Positions 9,158-17,960 of a DNA stretch of 64,000 nt are shown here, in pieces. Origin of the DNA: Dehalococcoidia bacterium (lineage in GTDB: Bacteria; Chloroflexota; Dehalococcoidia; Lucifugimonadales; UBA3495). The number at the start of each line of letters is the position of its first letter. The first letter of the stretch is position 1. Location of the stretch: assembly GCA_965208015.1 (NCBI GenBank), contig OZ242309.1, positions 800,247 to 864,246 of the forward strand, in the 5' to 3' direction. The translations under genes and the position numbers were made by a program. The notes under the pieces were generated by a model, which saw only the letters and a program-made list of their open reading frames with translations, did no database searches and was not told where the DNA came from.

Positions 9158-9940
9158 ATGGCGGTGGTTTCGCCGCCTGGCCAAAACCATCGAGCGCTCT
9201 CAGTGAGGATAGCCGGCCCAACCGTGATAACCGCCCGTTGGCGCGATATTGCGATCCTCTCCTGGCCGGTTGACGACTATATTCTGGCGCCCTTCTTGCC
9301 TACAGGCTTGGATATCGATCATTGGCGAGGCGACGCCTACATCAGTCTGGTATGCCTGTTTATGGAAAACGTCAGGGCATTGGGCTTGCCGGCTCTCCCC
9401 CGCCGCTTCGCGGAGGTGAACCTCAGGTTCTACGTGCGGTTCGCGCATCAAGCCGAAGAACGCCAGGGCGTAGTGTTCCTGAGACAACTGGTTTCCAGCC
9501 CATTTGTCGCCTTCGCCGGACGCTTCGTTTTCTGGGAACCGATGCTCAAATCGGCAGTGTCCCATCAGTTTGCGACGACGGATTCTCCCATCGGCCCCGG
9601 CCAGCGCCGTTTGCATTACCGCTGGCTGAACGGCGGCCGCGACGAAGGATTGCGGCTCACTGCCGCCGGCGACGCTTACCTTGCTGAGCCCGGCTCGCTG
9701 GACGAATTCCTCACCGACCGGCACTGGGGCTTCAACGCCCAATCCGACCGCCGAGTTCGAGCGTACCGAATTTCCAGGGAGCCGTGGCCACTGGTCCCCG
9801 CCTTTGAGCACGAATTACAGTGCGACGTCAGAACCCTCGGCGGACCGCGTATGGCGAATTTCGTCGCTGGTCTTCCGGCATCTGTCTTGTGGGCGGTGGG
9901 TTCCGATACCCGGATACATTGGCCGACCAAGTTGAGATAA
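9158..9940 (+). CDS. DUF2071 (YqjF-like) domain protein
   Basis: WRDIAILSWPVDDYILAPFLPTGLDIDHWRGDAYISLVCLFMENVR resembles the DUF2071 N-terminal signature. Assignment is from memory. Confidence 0.55.
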   Translation: MAVVSPPGQNHRALSVRIAGPTVITARWRDIAILSWPVDDYILAPFLPTGLDIDHWRGDAYISLVCLFMENVRALGLPALPRRFAEVNLRFYVRFAHQAEERQGVVFLRQLVSSPFVAFAGRFVFWEPMLKSAVSHQFATTDSPIGPGQRRLHYRWLNGGRDEGLRLTAAGDAYLAEPGSLDEFLTDRHWGFNAQSDRRVRAYRISREPWPLVPAFEHELQCDVRTLGGPRMANFVAGLPASVLWAVGSDTRIHWPTKLR

Positions 9941-10012
9941 ACGATTAGCCGTTGTTAGAATGCTCTATCGCAGCCGGTTCCCCGGAGTGTGGATCGGCAA
10001 GGCAGGGTTTGA

Positions 10013-11050
10013 GTGGTTGAAGCAACGCCGCGAGCGGCCGTACATACGATCCCCGACTCTCTGGACGCCATTGAAGAGTGCTACCGGCGCGGCTGGACCG
10101 ACGGCCTCCCCGTGGTTCCTCCCACCGCCGACCGGGTCCAGGCGATGCTGGAAGCGGTCGGCCTGGACCCGGACCACGTGCTGGGAGAAGTCCCGGTGCG
10201 GCGCAGGACCTTGACCGCTGAGCAGGCCGCGGCCAACGCGGTGATGGCCGGCTGTCTGCCATCTTATTTCCCCGTTGTTCTGGCGACAATGCGGGTGCTG
10301 TTCGAACACGACCCCAATTGCATCCATGAAGTTTCGGCAGTCACCAATTCCACCGGCTTGCTGGTGGCGGTCAACGGTCCAATCCGGCGCCAGATCGACT
10401 TGAACTGTACCGACAACCTGTTCAGTCCCGGCCATCGCGCCAACTCCACCATCGGTCGAGCGTTGCGGCTGATCTTGATCAACGTGTTTGAACAGCGACC
10501 CGGCCTTTTGGATCGCGGCTGCATGGGCAGCTTGACCAAGTTTGGCGTGGTCATCGGCGAAGACGAGGAGAACAGCCCGTGGGAACCGTTCCACGTCAGC
10601 CAGGGCTACTCGCCGGAACAGTCGACGGTCACGGTGGCAACCATTCAGGACCCTTCCATGCACAGTAACCGCTACGGAACCACCGCCGAGAGCCTTCTGG
10701 ACTCCATCGCGGACGGGATGGCCTCCCACGGGTTGGCCTCGTACTTCGGGCGGAACATAAAATGGGTTTGGGTGATCGGCTACTGGCACTCCGAGCTGCT
10801 GAGCCGCTTCGGCTGGACCCGCCCCGATATGCAACAGTACCTGTACGAGCGCGCGTGGCGGTCTACCGGGGAATTGAAGAGGCTCGGCATGGTGCACGGC
10901 GCTGTACAGCCGGGGGATGACGATCTGCGGCGCATGAGTATAGACGGACCCGAAGACATTCTGATATTCAAGGCCGGTGGCGACAGCGGCATGTACAGCG
11001 AACTGATCATGAACTACTACGGTGTGCCCGCAGTCACCACGGTGATTTAG
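10013..11050 (+). CDS. conserved hypothetical protein (GWTDGLPVVPPT motif)
   Basis: 345-aa ORF with globular-looking composition and a GTG start. The long antisense ORF 9965..10897 is Arg/Gly/Pro-rich and judged spurious. Family not recognised. Confidence 0.6.
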   Translation: MVEATPRAAVHTIPDSLDAIEECYRRGWTDGLPVVPPTADRVQAMLEAVGLDPDHVLGEVPVRRRTLTAEQAAANAVMAGCLPSYFPVVLATMRVLFEHDPNCIHEVSAVTNSTGLLVAVNGPIRRQIDLNCTDNLFSPGHRANSTIGRALRLILINVFEQRPGLLDRGCMGSLTKFGVVIGEDEENSPWEPFHVSQGYSPEQSTVTVATIQDPSMHSNRYGTTAESLLDSIADGMASHGLASYFGRNIKWVWVIGYWHSELLSRFGWTRPDMQQYLYERAWRSTGELKRLGMVHGAVQPGDDDLRRMSIDGPEDILIFKAGGDSGMYSELIMNYYGVPAVTTVI

Positions 11051-11082
11051 CGTAAGCGCACCGAATCCTTAAAGGAGTTTTC

Positions 11083-11655
11083 ATGGCCTCCCAAGCAATT
11101 CCCACCGTGCAGTTGATCGACCCCACGGGATTTGATCCCGGAGAGGAATCAATGATCATGGCGGCCCGTCCCATCGACCTGCGTGGCGGACGACTGGGCC
11201 TGCTCGACAATTCCAAGGCCAATGCGGACGCGATCCTCTGGTCCATCGCCAACGCCCTGAATGAAGAGTTCGAGTTTGCCGACATCTTCTATGCGCGCAA
11301 GCACAGCTCGTCGCTGCCGCCCCATCCGGAGGTCCTCGCCGACCTCCACCGCAATGCGGACTTCGTCATCGCCGGTGTGGGGGATTGAGGGGGATGCTCG
11401 TCGGGCAGTTTGCACGATGGAATTACACTGGAACGCCAGGGCATCCCGGCGGCGACCATCATCACCACTGTGTTCGCCAACACCGCCCGTGCGTATACTC
11501 GCCTCATGGGCGTGCCGAATTTCCCGTATCTCATGTGCGCCCACCCTATCGGCAGAGCCACCAGTGAGGAGCTTCAGTCGCGCGCTCGGCTGCTGACCCC
11601 GGCGGTGCGCCACCTGCTGATCAACGGGGAACTTGCGGGACCTCAAGCCGCATGA
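11083..11655 (+). CDS. candidate selenoprotein, UGSC-like family (in-frame TGA at 11386..11388 read as Sec)
   Basis: ORFs 11083..11388 and 11410..11655 share one frame with no other stop between them. TGA sits in VIAGVGD-U-GGCSS (U-x-x-C). Strong RBS AAAGGAG lies 5 nt before ATG 11083. The downstream half has only a TTG and no RBS. Confidence 0.65.
11399..11419 (+). promoter_or_regulatory. candidate bacterial SECIS hairpin
   Basis: CGTCGGGCA-GTT-TGCACGATG gives a 9-bp stem with one G.A mismatch and an apical loop starting with G about 20 nt after the UGA. Outer pairing GGGATGC 11391..11397 with GCATCCC 11441..11447. Folded by eye only. Confidence 0.35.
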
Positions 11656-11671
11656 ACCTGCGGAGCTGAAC

Positions 11672-13489
11672 ATGCCTGGTATTGGGGACATATTCCGCAG
11701 GATTACTCAGCGCTCACGAGCGCCGGAGCCAGAGTCGGCTGAAACGTACGATACCGGAACGGATTTGCCGCCGCCAGATCCTGCTGATTTGGCACCTCCC
11801 GAACCGCTCGCGTGGGAGCCCGAAGATGGAGGTTCTGCGCTGGCTTCTGCCCCGGAATCGGACGACCAGCGGTTCGCGTCGCCCGATCGACCGGCATCAT
11901 CCCAGGCGGCGTTTGATGATCGACCGCCCCGTGAAACCCTGGTTTCTCCTTCGCTCGAACCTCAGGTGAGTTTTGCGACTGACACGCGAGATGACAGCAA
12001 TGTCAGCATACTTGATCCTCCCGTTGTTGAAGTTGGAGACGACGTCCTGGTCGATGATCCCCTGGTGTTGGCCTGTCCGTATTGCGGGGCGGAAGGCCAA
12101 CGGGTCGGGTCCCGCTGCGCCAATGAGAGATGCAACCGGGTGATCGTGCGGCTGCCGCCCTGGGCGCAGCACCGGCGGCACAATTGGTTCACACGACGCA
12201 TTTCGTGGCGCCGTGTTGTCATGGCTTGCATCGCGGCGCTCCTGATCGTATTCGTAATTTGGGTCAATTACCCGTTTGCGCCTGACCCGGTGGTGTTGTT
12301 CAAAAAGACTCAGACCCAGTTGACCATAGACGCCGGTCCCGGTTCGTGGACCGGCGTTGGCAGAGACCTCAGACACAGTCGTCGGGTGGACATTGGACCG
12401 CCGCCGCCTTCAGGTCAGATCAGGTACTGGAACTTCGACGTTCCCGGCGACCCGTTGCTGTCCGAACCTGTCGCACAGGACACGCACGTTTACATAGGTT
12501 CGTCCAAAGGCATGTACGCGTTATCCCACGCGGACCTGTCCTTGATCGAAAAATGGGAAGGTGACACGCCAGGTCGGATAACAGCCGGCGCCGCGGTGAT
12601 CGGCTTGTATCTATTCTTCGGGAGTACAGACCATACCGTCAGTTCATGGAACGCATTTGACGGCCAGGTGCGCTGGAGCTTTCCCGCCGCTGACACGGTT
12701 GAAACCGCCCCCGTGGTTTCGGATGGACTGGTGTACATCAGCTCAGGGGAGAGTTGGATCTATGCTCTGGATGCCCACACTGGGGCGTTGATCTGGAAAG
12801 AGCAGTTGGACAGCAACGCCAGTGACGCTGCTACCATTCACGACGGCAAGCTGTTCGTTGGCGACGAAAAAGGCGTGTTCTACATTTTATCCGCCCGGAC
12901 CGGCCAAGAATGGTTCCGTTTCCGAACCCCGCGAGCCATCAGCGGTTCGCCCGTGGTTTCTGAAGATGGGGAACGCGCGTATTTCAGCGCGGGTGGCCAG
13001 TTGTACGCCGTGGAAGCGACCCGCCGGGAAATACCAGGTCTTTATCAGTTCAAACAGTTGTGGGCTCAGCTCTGGCTCTGGCAAGTACCTGGAGTTCCAC
13101 GTCCCAAGGGTCAGCAAGGGGGACTATGGCGGTTCACGCCCGAAAACCCTCTTCAGGGAGTCAAGAGCAGCCCCGCACTGGTCGACCACGAAAACGGCGG
13201 CACGTTATACGCCGGGGGCCACGACAACAATGTCTATGCTTTAGACGCCATAACCGGCGATCCCCTGTGGACTTTCCACACGGAGAATGCCGTGTGGGCT
13301 TCTCCCCTCGTAATCAAGGACCACCTGATCGTTGGCGACGAGTCCGGTTTCTTGTACTCGTTGGACCGATTGACTGGGCACGAGAACTGGAGCATGAACC
13401 TGGGGGCTCCCATCAAGATCCCGCCGATAGTGAGCAACGGGTTGCTGATCGTGCGCACCGCCGACGGAAACGTATACGGCATCGAATAG
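11672..13489 (+). CDS. membrane-anchored PQQ-like beta-propeller repeat protein with cytoplasmic zinc ribbon
   Basis: Disordered acidic/Pro-rich N-terminus, CPYCG...CANERC zinc ribbon and one TM segment (VVMACIAALLIVFVIWV). These are followed by repeated YALDAxTGxxxW blades typical of BamB/PQQ-like propellers. ATG 11672 has GGAG upstream. Confidence 0.7.
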   Translation: MPGIGDIFRRITQRSRAPEPESAETYDTGTDLPPPDPADLAPPEPLAWEPEDGGSALASAPESDDQRFASPDRPASSQAAFDDRPPRETLVSPSLEPQVSFATDTRDDSNVSILDPPVVEVGDDVLVDDPLVLACPYCGAEGQRVGSRCANERCNRVIVRLPPWAQHRRHNWFTRRISWRRVVMACIAALLIVFVIWVNYPFAPDPVVLFKKTQTQLTIDAGPGSWTGVGRDLRHSRRVDIGPPPPSGQIRYWNFDVPGDPLLSEPVAQDTHVYIGSSKGMYALSHADLSLIEKWEGDTPGRITAGAAVIGLYLFFGSTDHTVSSWNAFDGQVRWSFPAADTVETAPVVSDGLVYISSGESWIYALDAHTGALIWKEQLDSNASDAATIHDGKLFVGDEKGVFYILSARTGQEWFRFRTPRAISGSPVVSEDGERAYFSAGGQLYAVEATRREIPGLYQFKQLWAQLWLWQVPGVPRPKGQQGGLWRFTPENPLQGVKSSPALVDHENGGTLYAGGHDNNVYALDAITGDPLWTFHTENAVWASPLVIKDHLIVGDESGFLYSLDRLTGHENWSMNLGAPIKIPPIVSNGLLIVRTADGNVYGIE

Positions 13490-13513
13490 CGCATTGCCCA
13501 AGCCACTGATGAA

Positions 13514-13546
13514 AACGCCCCTGGCCAAGCAGTGACCAGGGGCGTT
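13514..13546. terminator. perfect 11-bp hairpin between convergent genes
   Basis: AACGCCCCTGG / CCAGGGGCGTT with an 11-nt loop, between the stop at 13489 (+) and the stop at 13572 (-). No clear U tract. Confidence 0.5.
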
Positions 13547-13571
13547 CGCCATTATATTCGGAAGCGGTCGG

Positions 13572-14552
13572 TTAGTAGAGGTGGCACGAAACCCGGTGAC
13601 CCGGAGATACCTCTTTCTCGACTGGCGCCTCTTCCGAGCACTGGGGCATTGCGAAGGGGCAGCGCGGGTGGAACCGGCAGCCGCTGGGCGGGTTGATCGG
13701 TGACGGAACCTCACCCTGCAGCACGATGTCTTCCCGAATTAGGTCCGGGTGCGAAGGCAGCGCAGCGGAGAAGAGCGCCTTGGTGTAAGGATGCAGCGCG
13801 TTGTTGTAAAGCTCCTCGGTCTCGGCATATTCGACGATTTGCCCTAGGTACATCACCGCCGTTTGATGCGCCATGTAACGCACCGTTGCCAAGTTGTGCG
13901 CGATGAGCAGGTAGCTGACGTTGTACTGTTCTTGCAGGTCTTTGAGAAGATTCATGACCTGTGCGCGAATGGACACGTCGAGCGCGGATACCGGCTCGTC
14001 CAGGACGATCAGCTTGGGGTACGACACCAATGCGGAGGCGACTGCGATCCTCTGCCTCTGGCCTCCACTGAACTCGTGGGGATAGTTGTTGGCCTGCTGG
14101 GAGTGCAAACCGACCTGTGCCAGCACCTCGGCAACTCGGTCGTTTTTCTCCTGGGTGGTCACGTTGCGGTTAACCACCAGCGGCTCGGAAACGATATCGC
14201 GAACCCGCATTCGGGGGCTGAGCGAAGACCACGGATCCTGGAAAACCGCTTGCACGGTGGTTCGGTATTCCTGGAGTTGGGAGCCTCGGAAAGTGTTGAT
14301 GTCCTCGCCATCAAGCAGGATTTCGCCATCGGTGGGCGTTTCCAGGCGCAGCAGAAGTTTGCTGGTGGTGGTCTTGCCGCAACCCGATTCACCCACCAGG
14401 CCCAGGGTTTCCCCTTGTTTGATGGTGAAGGATATCCCGTCCACGGCCTGAACGTATCCGATGGTCTTCATCAAAATCAGACCCTTGGTGACCGGAAAAT
14501 ATTTCTTCAGGCCGGTGACTTCCAGAAGGTTATTGTCAGTAGCGACTGCCAT
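13572..14552 (-). CDS. peptide/nickel-type ABC transporter ATP-binding protein (OppF/DppF-like)
   Basis: Walker [10 protein letters not shown], signature FSGGQRQR, Walker [13 protein letters not shown] and a C-terminal oligopeptide-type extension with CRFHPRCP. Confidence 0.9.
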   Translation of the reverse strand: MAVATDNNLLEVTGLKKYFPVTKGLILMKTIGYVQAVDGISFTIKQGETLGLVGESGCGKTTTSKLLLRLETPTDGEILLDGEDINTFRGSQLQEYRTTVQAVFQDPWSSLSPRMRVRDIVSEPLVVNRNVTTQEKNDRVAEVLAQVGLHSQQANNYPHEFSGGQRQRIAVASALVSYPKLIVLDEPVSALDVSIRAQVMNLLKDLQEQYNVSYLLIAHNLATVRYMAHQTAVMYLGQIVEYAETEELYNNALHPYTKALFSAALPSHPDLIREDIVLQGEVPSPINPPSGCRFHPRCPFAMPQCSEEAPVEKEVSPGHRVSCHLY

Positions 14553-14605
14553 CGTGGTCGGGACCTCCTCTGCGGGGAATTACGGAGTGCGGTGGGGCGC
14601 GTAGT

Positions 14606-15649
14606 CTATCCGGTCGTCCCGGTCGGCGCCACGTATTCTGCAATGGGCGTTCCTTCCCAGTCCGAGTGCAGCGCCCAGCAGTCGGCGTGATGCGCCTCCG
14701 CCAGTTGGATGGACGTGGGATACGTTTCCAGACACCGGTCGGAGACGTACGGGCAACGCGGCGCGAAGCGGCAGCCTTCCGGCAGGTTGGACAGCAACGG
14801 CGGCTGCCCTTCGATGGAGTACAGGCGGTCAACACGTTCTTCCAGCTTGGGCACGGAATTGATCAACGCCTGGGTGTACGGGTGGGCCGGACGGCTGAAG
14901 ATGTCGCGCACGTCACCCTGCTCGATGATCCGGCCCGCGTACATCACCGCCACGCGGTCGCACATGCGGGCCACCACGCCGAAGTCGTGGGTAATGAAGA
15001 TGATCGCGAGCCCGGTCTCTGCCTGGATTTCTTTCAGGAGCCGCAGGTATTGCAGCTGAATCGTCACGTCAAGCGCGGTAGTGGGCTCGTCGGCAATGAT
15101 GATCCCAGGCTCGCACGACATGGCGATCGCGCCCACCACGCGCTGCTTCATCCCGCCCGACATCTGGTGCGGGTAGTCATCCAGCCGCCGCTCTGGCGCC
15201 GCCACGTTCACTTTACGCAATGCGTCCACCGCACGCCCCAGCATCGAGCTCTTGTTTTCCCGGTGCGCGATGCCCAGTGCTTCGCGCAACTGGTTGCCAA
15301 TGGTGAACACTGGATTGAGGGAGGTCTGCGGGTCCTGCAGAATCATCGAAATCTGCCGGCCGCGAACGTCGCGCATCTCGTCTTCGCTTTTCTGCAAGAT
15401 GTCTTCGCCATTGAGGACTATCTCGCCTTCCACGATGCGCCCAGCCGGCCTCGGAACCAAACGCAACAACGACAACGCAGTCATTGTTTTGCCGCAACCC
15501 GATTCACCCACGATACCAAGCGTCTCTCCCTTCTTCAGATCGAAGGAGATCCCGTCAACCGCCTTGACGGTGGCCGCCCGTGTGAAGATGTAGGTCTTGA
15601 GGTTGTTGACCTCGAGGATGGTATCCGTGGCAGTTTGTACAGCGGTCAT
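14606..15649 (-). CDS. peptide/nickel-type ABC transporter ATP-binding protein (OppD/DppD-like)
   Basis: Walker [10 protein letters not shown], signature MSGGMKQR, Walker [13 protein letters not shown] and a C-terminal CRFAPRCP motif. Confidence 0.9.
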   Translation of the reverse strand: MTAVQTATDTILEVNNLKTYIFTRAATVKAVDGISFDLKKGETLGIVGESGCGKTMTALSLLRLVPRPAGRIVEGEIVLNGEDILQKSEDEMRDVRGRQISMILQDPQTSLNPVFTIGNQLREALGIAHRENKSSMLGRAVDALRKVNVAAPERRLDDYPHQMSGGMKQRVVGAIAMSCEPGIIIADEPTTALDVTIQLQYLRLLKEIQAETGLAIIFITHDFGVVARMCDRVAVMYAGRIIEQGDVRDIFSRPAHPYTQALINSVPKLEERVDRLYSIEGQPPLLSNLPEGCRFAPRCPYVSDRCLETYPTSIQLAEAHHADCWALHSDWEGTPIAEYVAPTGTTG

Positions 15650-15736
15650 GGCAGCATTCCCCTCTGCATTGGTTTAGTGGACCTGTCAGTGAGATTATAG
15701 CGTGTTGCGCGCTCGATGTGGTCAACCGTTGGAGAC

Positions 15737-16834
15737 TTACACGTTCCTCAGCTTGGGATCCAACCGATCCCGCAGCCAGTCACCCAGAAGGTTCATCGAC
15801 AGCACGGTCAGCACGATAGCAAGGCAGGGGAACATGAAGATCCAGTAGGAACTGGTGATGACCTCCCGCCCATCGGCCGCCATCAACCCCCACGCGGGGT
15901 TGGGGCGCGGTATGCCGGCTCCCAGGAAGCTCAACGTCGCCTCAAGGATGATCACATGCCCCACCTCCAGCGTTGCCAGCACGATCACCGTGTTGAAAAC
16001 GTTGGGGAAGATATGCCGCATCATGATCCTCATGTTGGAGGCGCCGGCTACCCGGGCCCTATCAATGAAGTCGCGCTCGCGGATCGCCAGCGCCTCTCCG
16101 CGGATCACTCGGGCGTAGCGTGCCCATAGCAACAATGCGATCACGATGATCACCGTGCTGAACCCGGAACCAATGGCGACTACCAAAGTCAGCGCCAACA
16201 AAATCGACGGGAACGCCAGCTTGATGTCCACGATGCGCATCAAAATGGCGTCGAGCAACCCACCGCGGTACGCGGCGACCATTCCCAGGCCGGTGCCTAG
16301 TATGCCACCCAAGAGGATGGCGAGGCATGATACTGCCAGGGAGATGCGAGCGCCGTGCATCATTCGGCTGAGTACATCCCGGCCCTGCTTGTCGGTGCCA
16401 AAGGGATATTCCCAGCTGCCGCCTTCCTCGATGCGGACGACGGTCTCGCCCAGGTCTACCTCGCCGTTTCCGTTAGCGTCCACCAGCGTGGCCACGCCAT
16501 TATTAAGGTTGCGACGGGCGTTGCTGATGCTGATTTCGTTGGGGTTTTTGTCGCGCACCCGCTGCACGACCATCTGGCTGGTTTCCCGGTCCTGAACCCA
16601 GCCCGGCGGCTCAAGAGCCCGGTCCAAATCGCCTATCGTGCTGTCGTGAGGAGACAGGACGTCGGCGAAGATCGCCGGGATGATGAGCAAAAATATCAGG
16701 ACGAAAAACGGAATCACCGGCAATCGGCGGATCTCGCCCCAAATTCGGCCGGCGGATAAACCACGGGCACCGGCGGCAACTCCGGCCGCTGCTCCGGCAG
16801 GTCCTCCCGGCGGCGCGCTTGTTTGAACAGCCAT
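15737..16834 (-). CDS. ABC transporter permease (OppC/DppC-like) with enlarged extracytoplasmic N-terminal region
   Basis: BPD-transport core (RISLAVS..., EAxxxDGA-type ALAIRERDFIDRARVAGAS). ATG 16834 has GGGGAGAA upstream. About 90 aa lie between TM1 and the core. Confidence 0.85.
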   Translation of the reverse strand: MAVQTSAPPGGPAGAAAGVAAGARGLSAGRIWGEIRRLPVIPFFVLIFLLIIPAIFADVLSPHDSTIGDLDRALEPPGWVQDRETSQMVVQRVRDKNPNEISISNARRNLNNGVATLVDANGNGEVDLGETVVRIEEGGSWEYPFGTDKQGRDVLSRMMHGARISLAVSCLAILLGGILGTGLGMVAAYRGGLLDAILMRIVDIKLAFPSILLALTLVVAIGSGFSTVIIVIALLLWARYARVIRGEALAIRERDFIDRARVAGASNMRIMMRHIFPNVFNTVIVLATLEVGHVIILEATLSFLGAGIPRPNPAWGLMAADGREVITSSYWIFMFPCLAIVLTVLSMNLLGDWLRDRLDPKLRNV

Positions 16835-16899
16835 CAGTTTTCTCCCCAAGCGTTGCGCATCGTGATTGGCTCGGCGTCGAACCGACGAATCCGTATGAA

Positions 16900-17820
16900 C
16901 TATTGGTTGTATCGGATCCGCGGGTCGACGTAAGCGTAGGTGATATCGGTAATGATGTTGATCCCGACGTACAGCAAGGCGAACAGCATCACCACCGCCT
17001 GGACCACGATGTGGTCCTTAGAGTTGATGGCTTCGATAACCATCAAACCCAGACCGGGCCAGGCGAAAACAGTCTCGATGACCACGGACCCCGTGATAAG
17101 AATCGCGAAGATCAGGCTGAAGTACGTCAGCGGTCCGATCAACGCGTTGCGGAAGCAGTGCTTCCACACTATCTTCCACTCGGGGATGCCTTTGATCCGG
17201 GCCAGTTTCACGTATTCGGTGTCCAGCACGTCCAGCATCGAAGATCGGGTCAGACGCATGATCGCCGCCACGTTGTAGTAGCCCAAAGCGAAGCCGGGCA
17301 GAATGATATGTTTGAAGCCTCCTTTGCCCGACGTCGGCAGCCACCCCAACTGGACGGCAAATATCCACATCAGAATCAGCCCCACGGCGAACGTCGGAGC
17401 GGACTGCCCTAATATGGCAAACATTTTGCCGCCGGCGTCGAACCACGAGTCTTTTTTCACCGCTGATAAGACCCCGATGGGGAAAGCGATGATACCGGTG
17501 ACAATCAGGGCAAACGCCGATAGTTGAATAGTGGCCGGCAGCCGTTCCGCGATCAACTCCAGCACCGGACGATCCCAGCGGAAGGATACCCCCAGGTCAC
17601 CGGTCATCAGGCGTCGCATATAGGTGAAGTACTGGACGTGAAGGGGCTTGTCGAGCCCCCAGCTCTGACGCAGCCGTTCGATCTGCTCCTTGCCAGCCTC
17701 GTCGTCCAGGATGGCTGCCAGCGGGTCGCCCGCAACGCGTGATAGCGCAAAGACGATGAGGCTGATGACGAACACTGCCAGCAGTCCCTGCAAAATCCTC
17801 AGCACGATGAATCGTTGCAT
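16900..17820 (-). CDS. ABC transporter permease (OppB/DppB-like)
   Basis: MQRFIVLRILQGLL N-terminus, EYVKLARIKGIPEW loop and ADPRIRY-type C-terminus (VDPRIRYNQ). Confidence 0.9.
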   Translation of the reverse strand: MQRFIVLRILQGLLAVFVISLIVFALSRVAGDPLAAILDDEAGKEQIERLRQSWGLDKPLHVQYFTYMRRLMTGDLGVSFRWDRPVLELIAERLPATIQLSAFALIVTGIIAFPIGVLSAVKKDSWFDAGGKMFAILGQSAPTFAVGLILMWIFAVQLGWLPTSGKGGFKHIILPGFALGYYNVAAIMRLTRSSMLDVLDTEYVKLARIKGIPEWKIVWKHCFRNALIGPLTYFSLIFAILITGSVVIETVFAWPGLGLMVIEAINSKDHIVVQAVVMLFALLYVGINIITDITYAYVDPRIRYNQ

Positions 17821-17960
17821 GTTACTGCCCCCTCTTACAGTTCCAGCAGTGGAACGGTATCCATGGTTCCGTGCGAATCTTCAGCGCGTGGCGCCATCTT
17901 GGCCCGGCGCCGCACCCTCCGCACAGACGATGCGGCGATTGCCAGACAAGCCGGCTTGCA

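Noticed and set aside
11410-11655. Treating the 81-aa ORF as an independent small gene and 11083..11388 as a complete 101-aa gene
   Set aside because: Its start is only a TTG with no ribosome-binding site. It is in frame with the upstream ORF across a single TGA, and the sequence flows through a U-x-x-C motif. A pseudogene or sequencing error cannot be excluded without reads or homologues.
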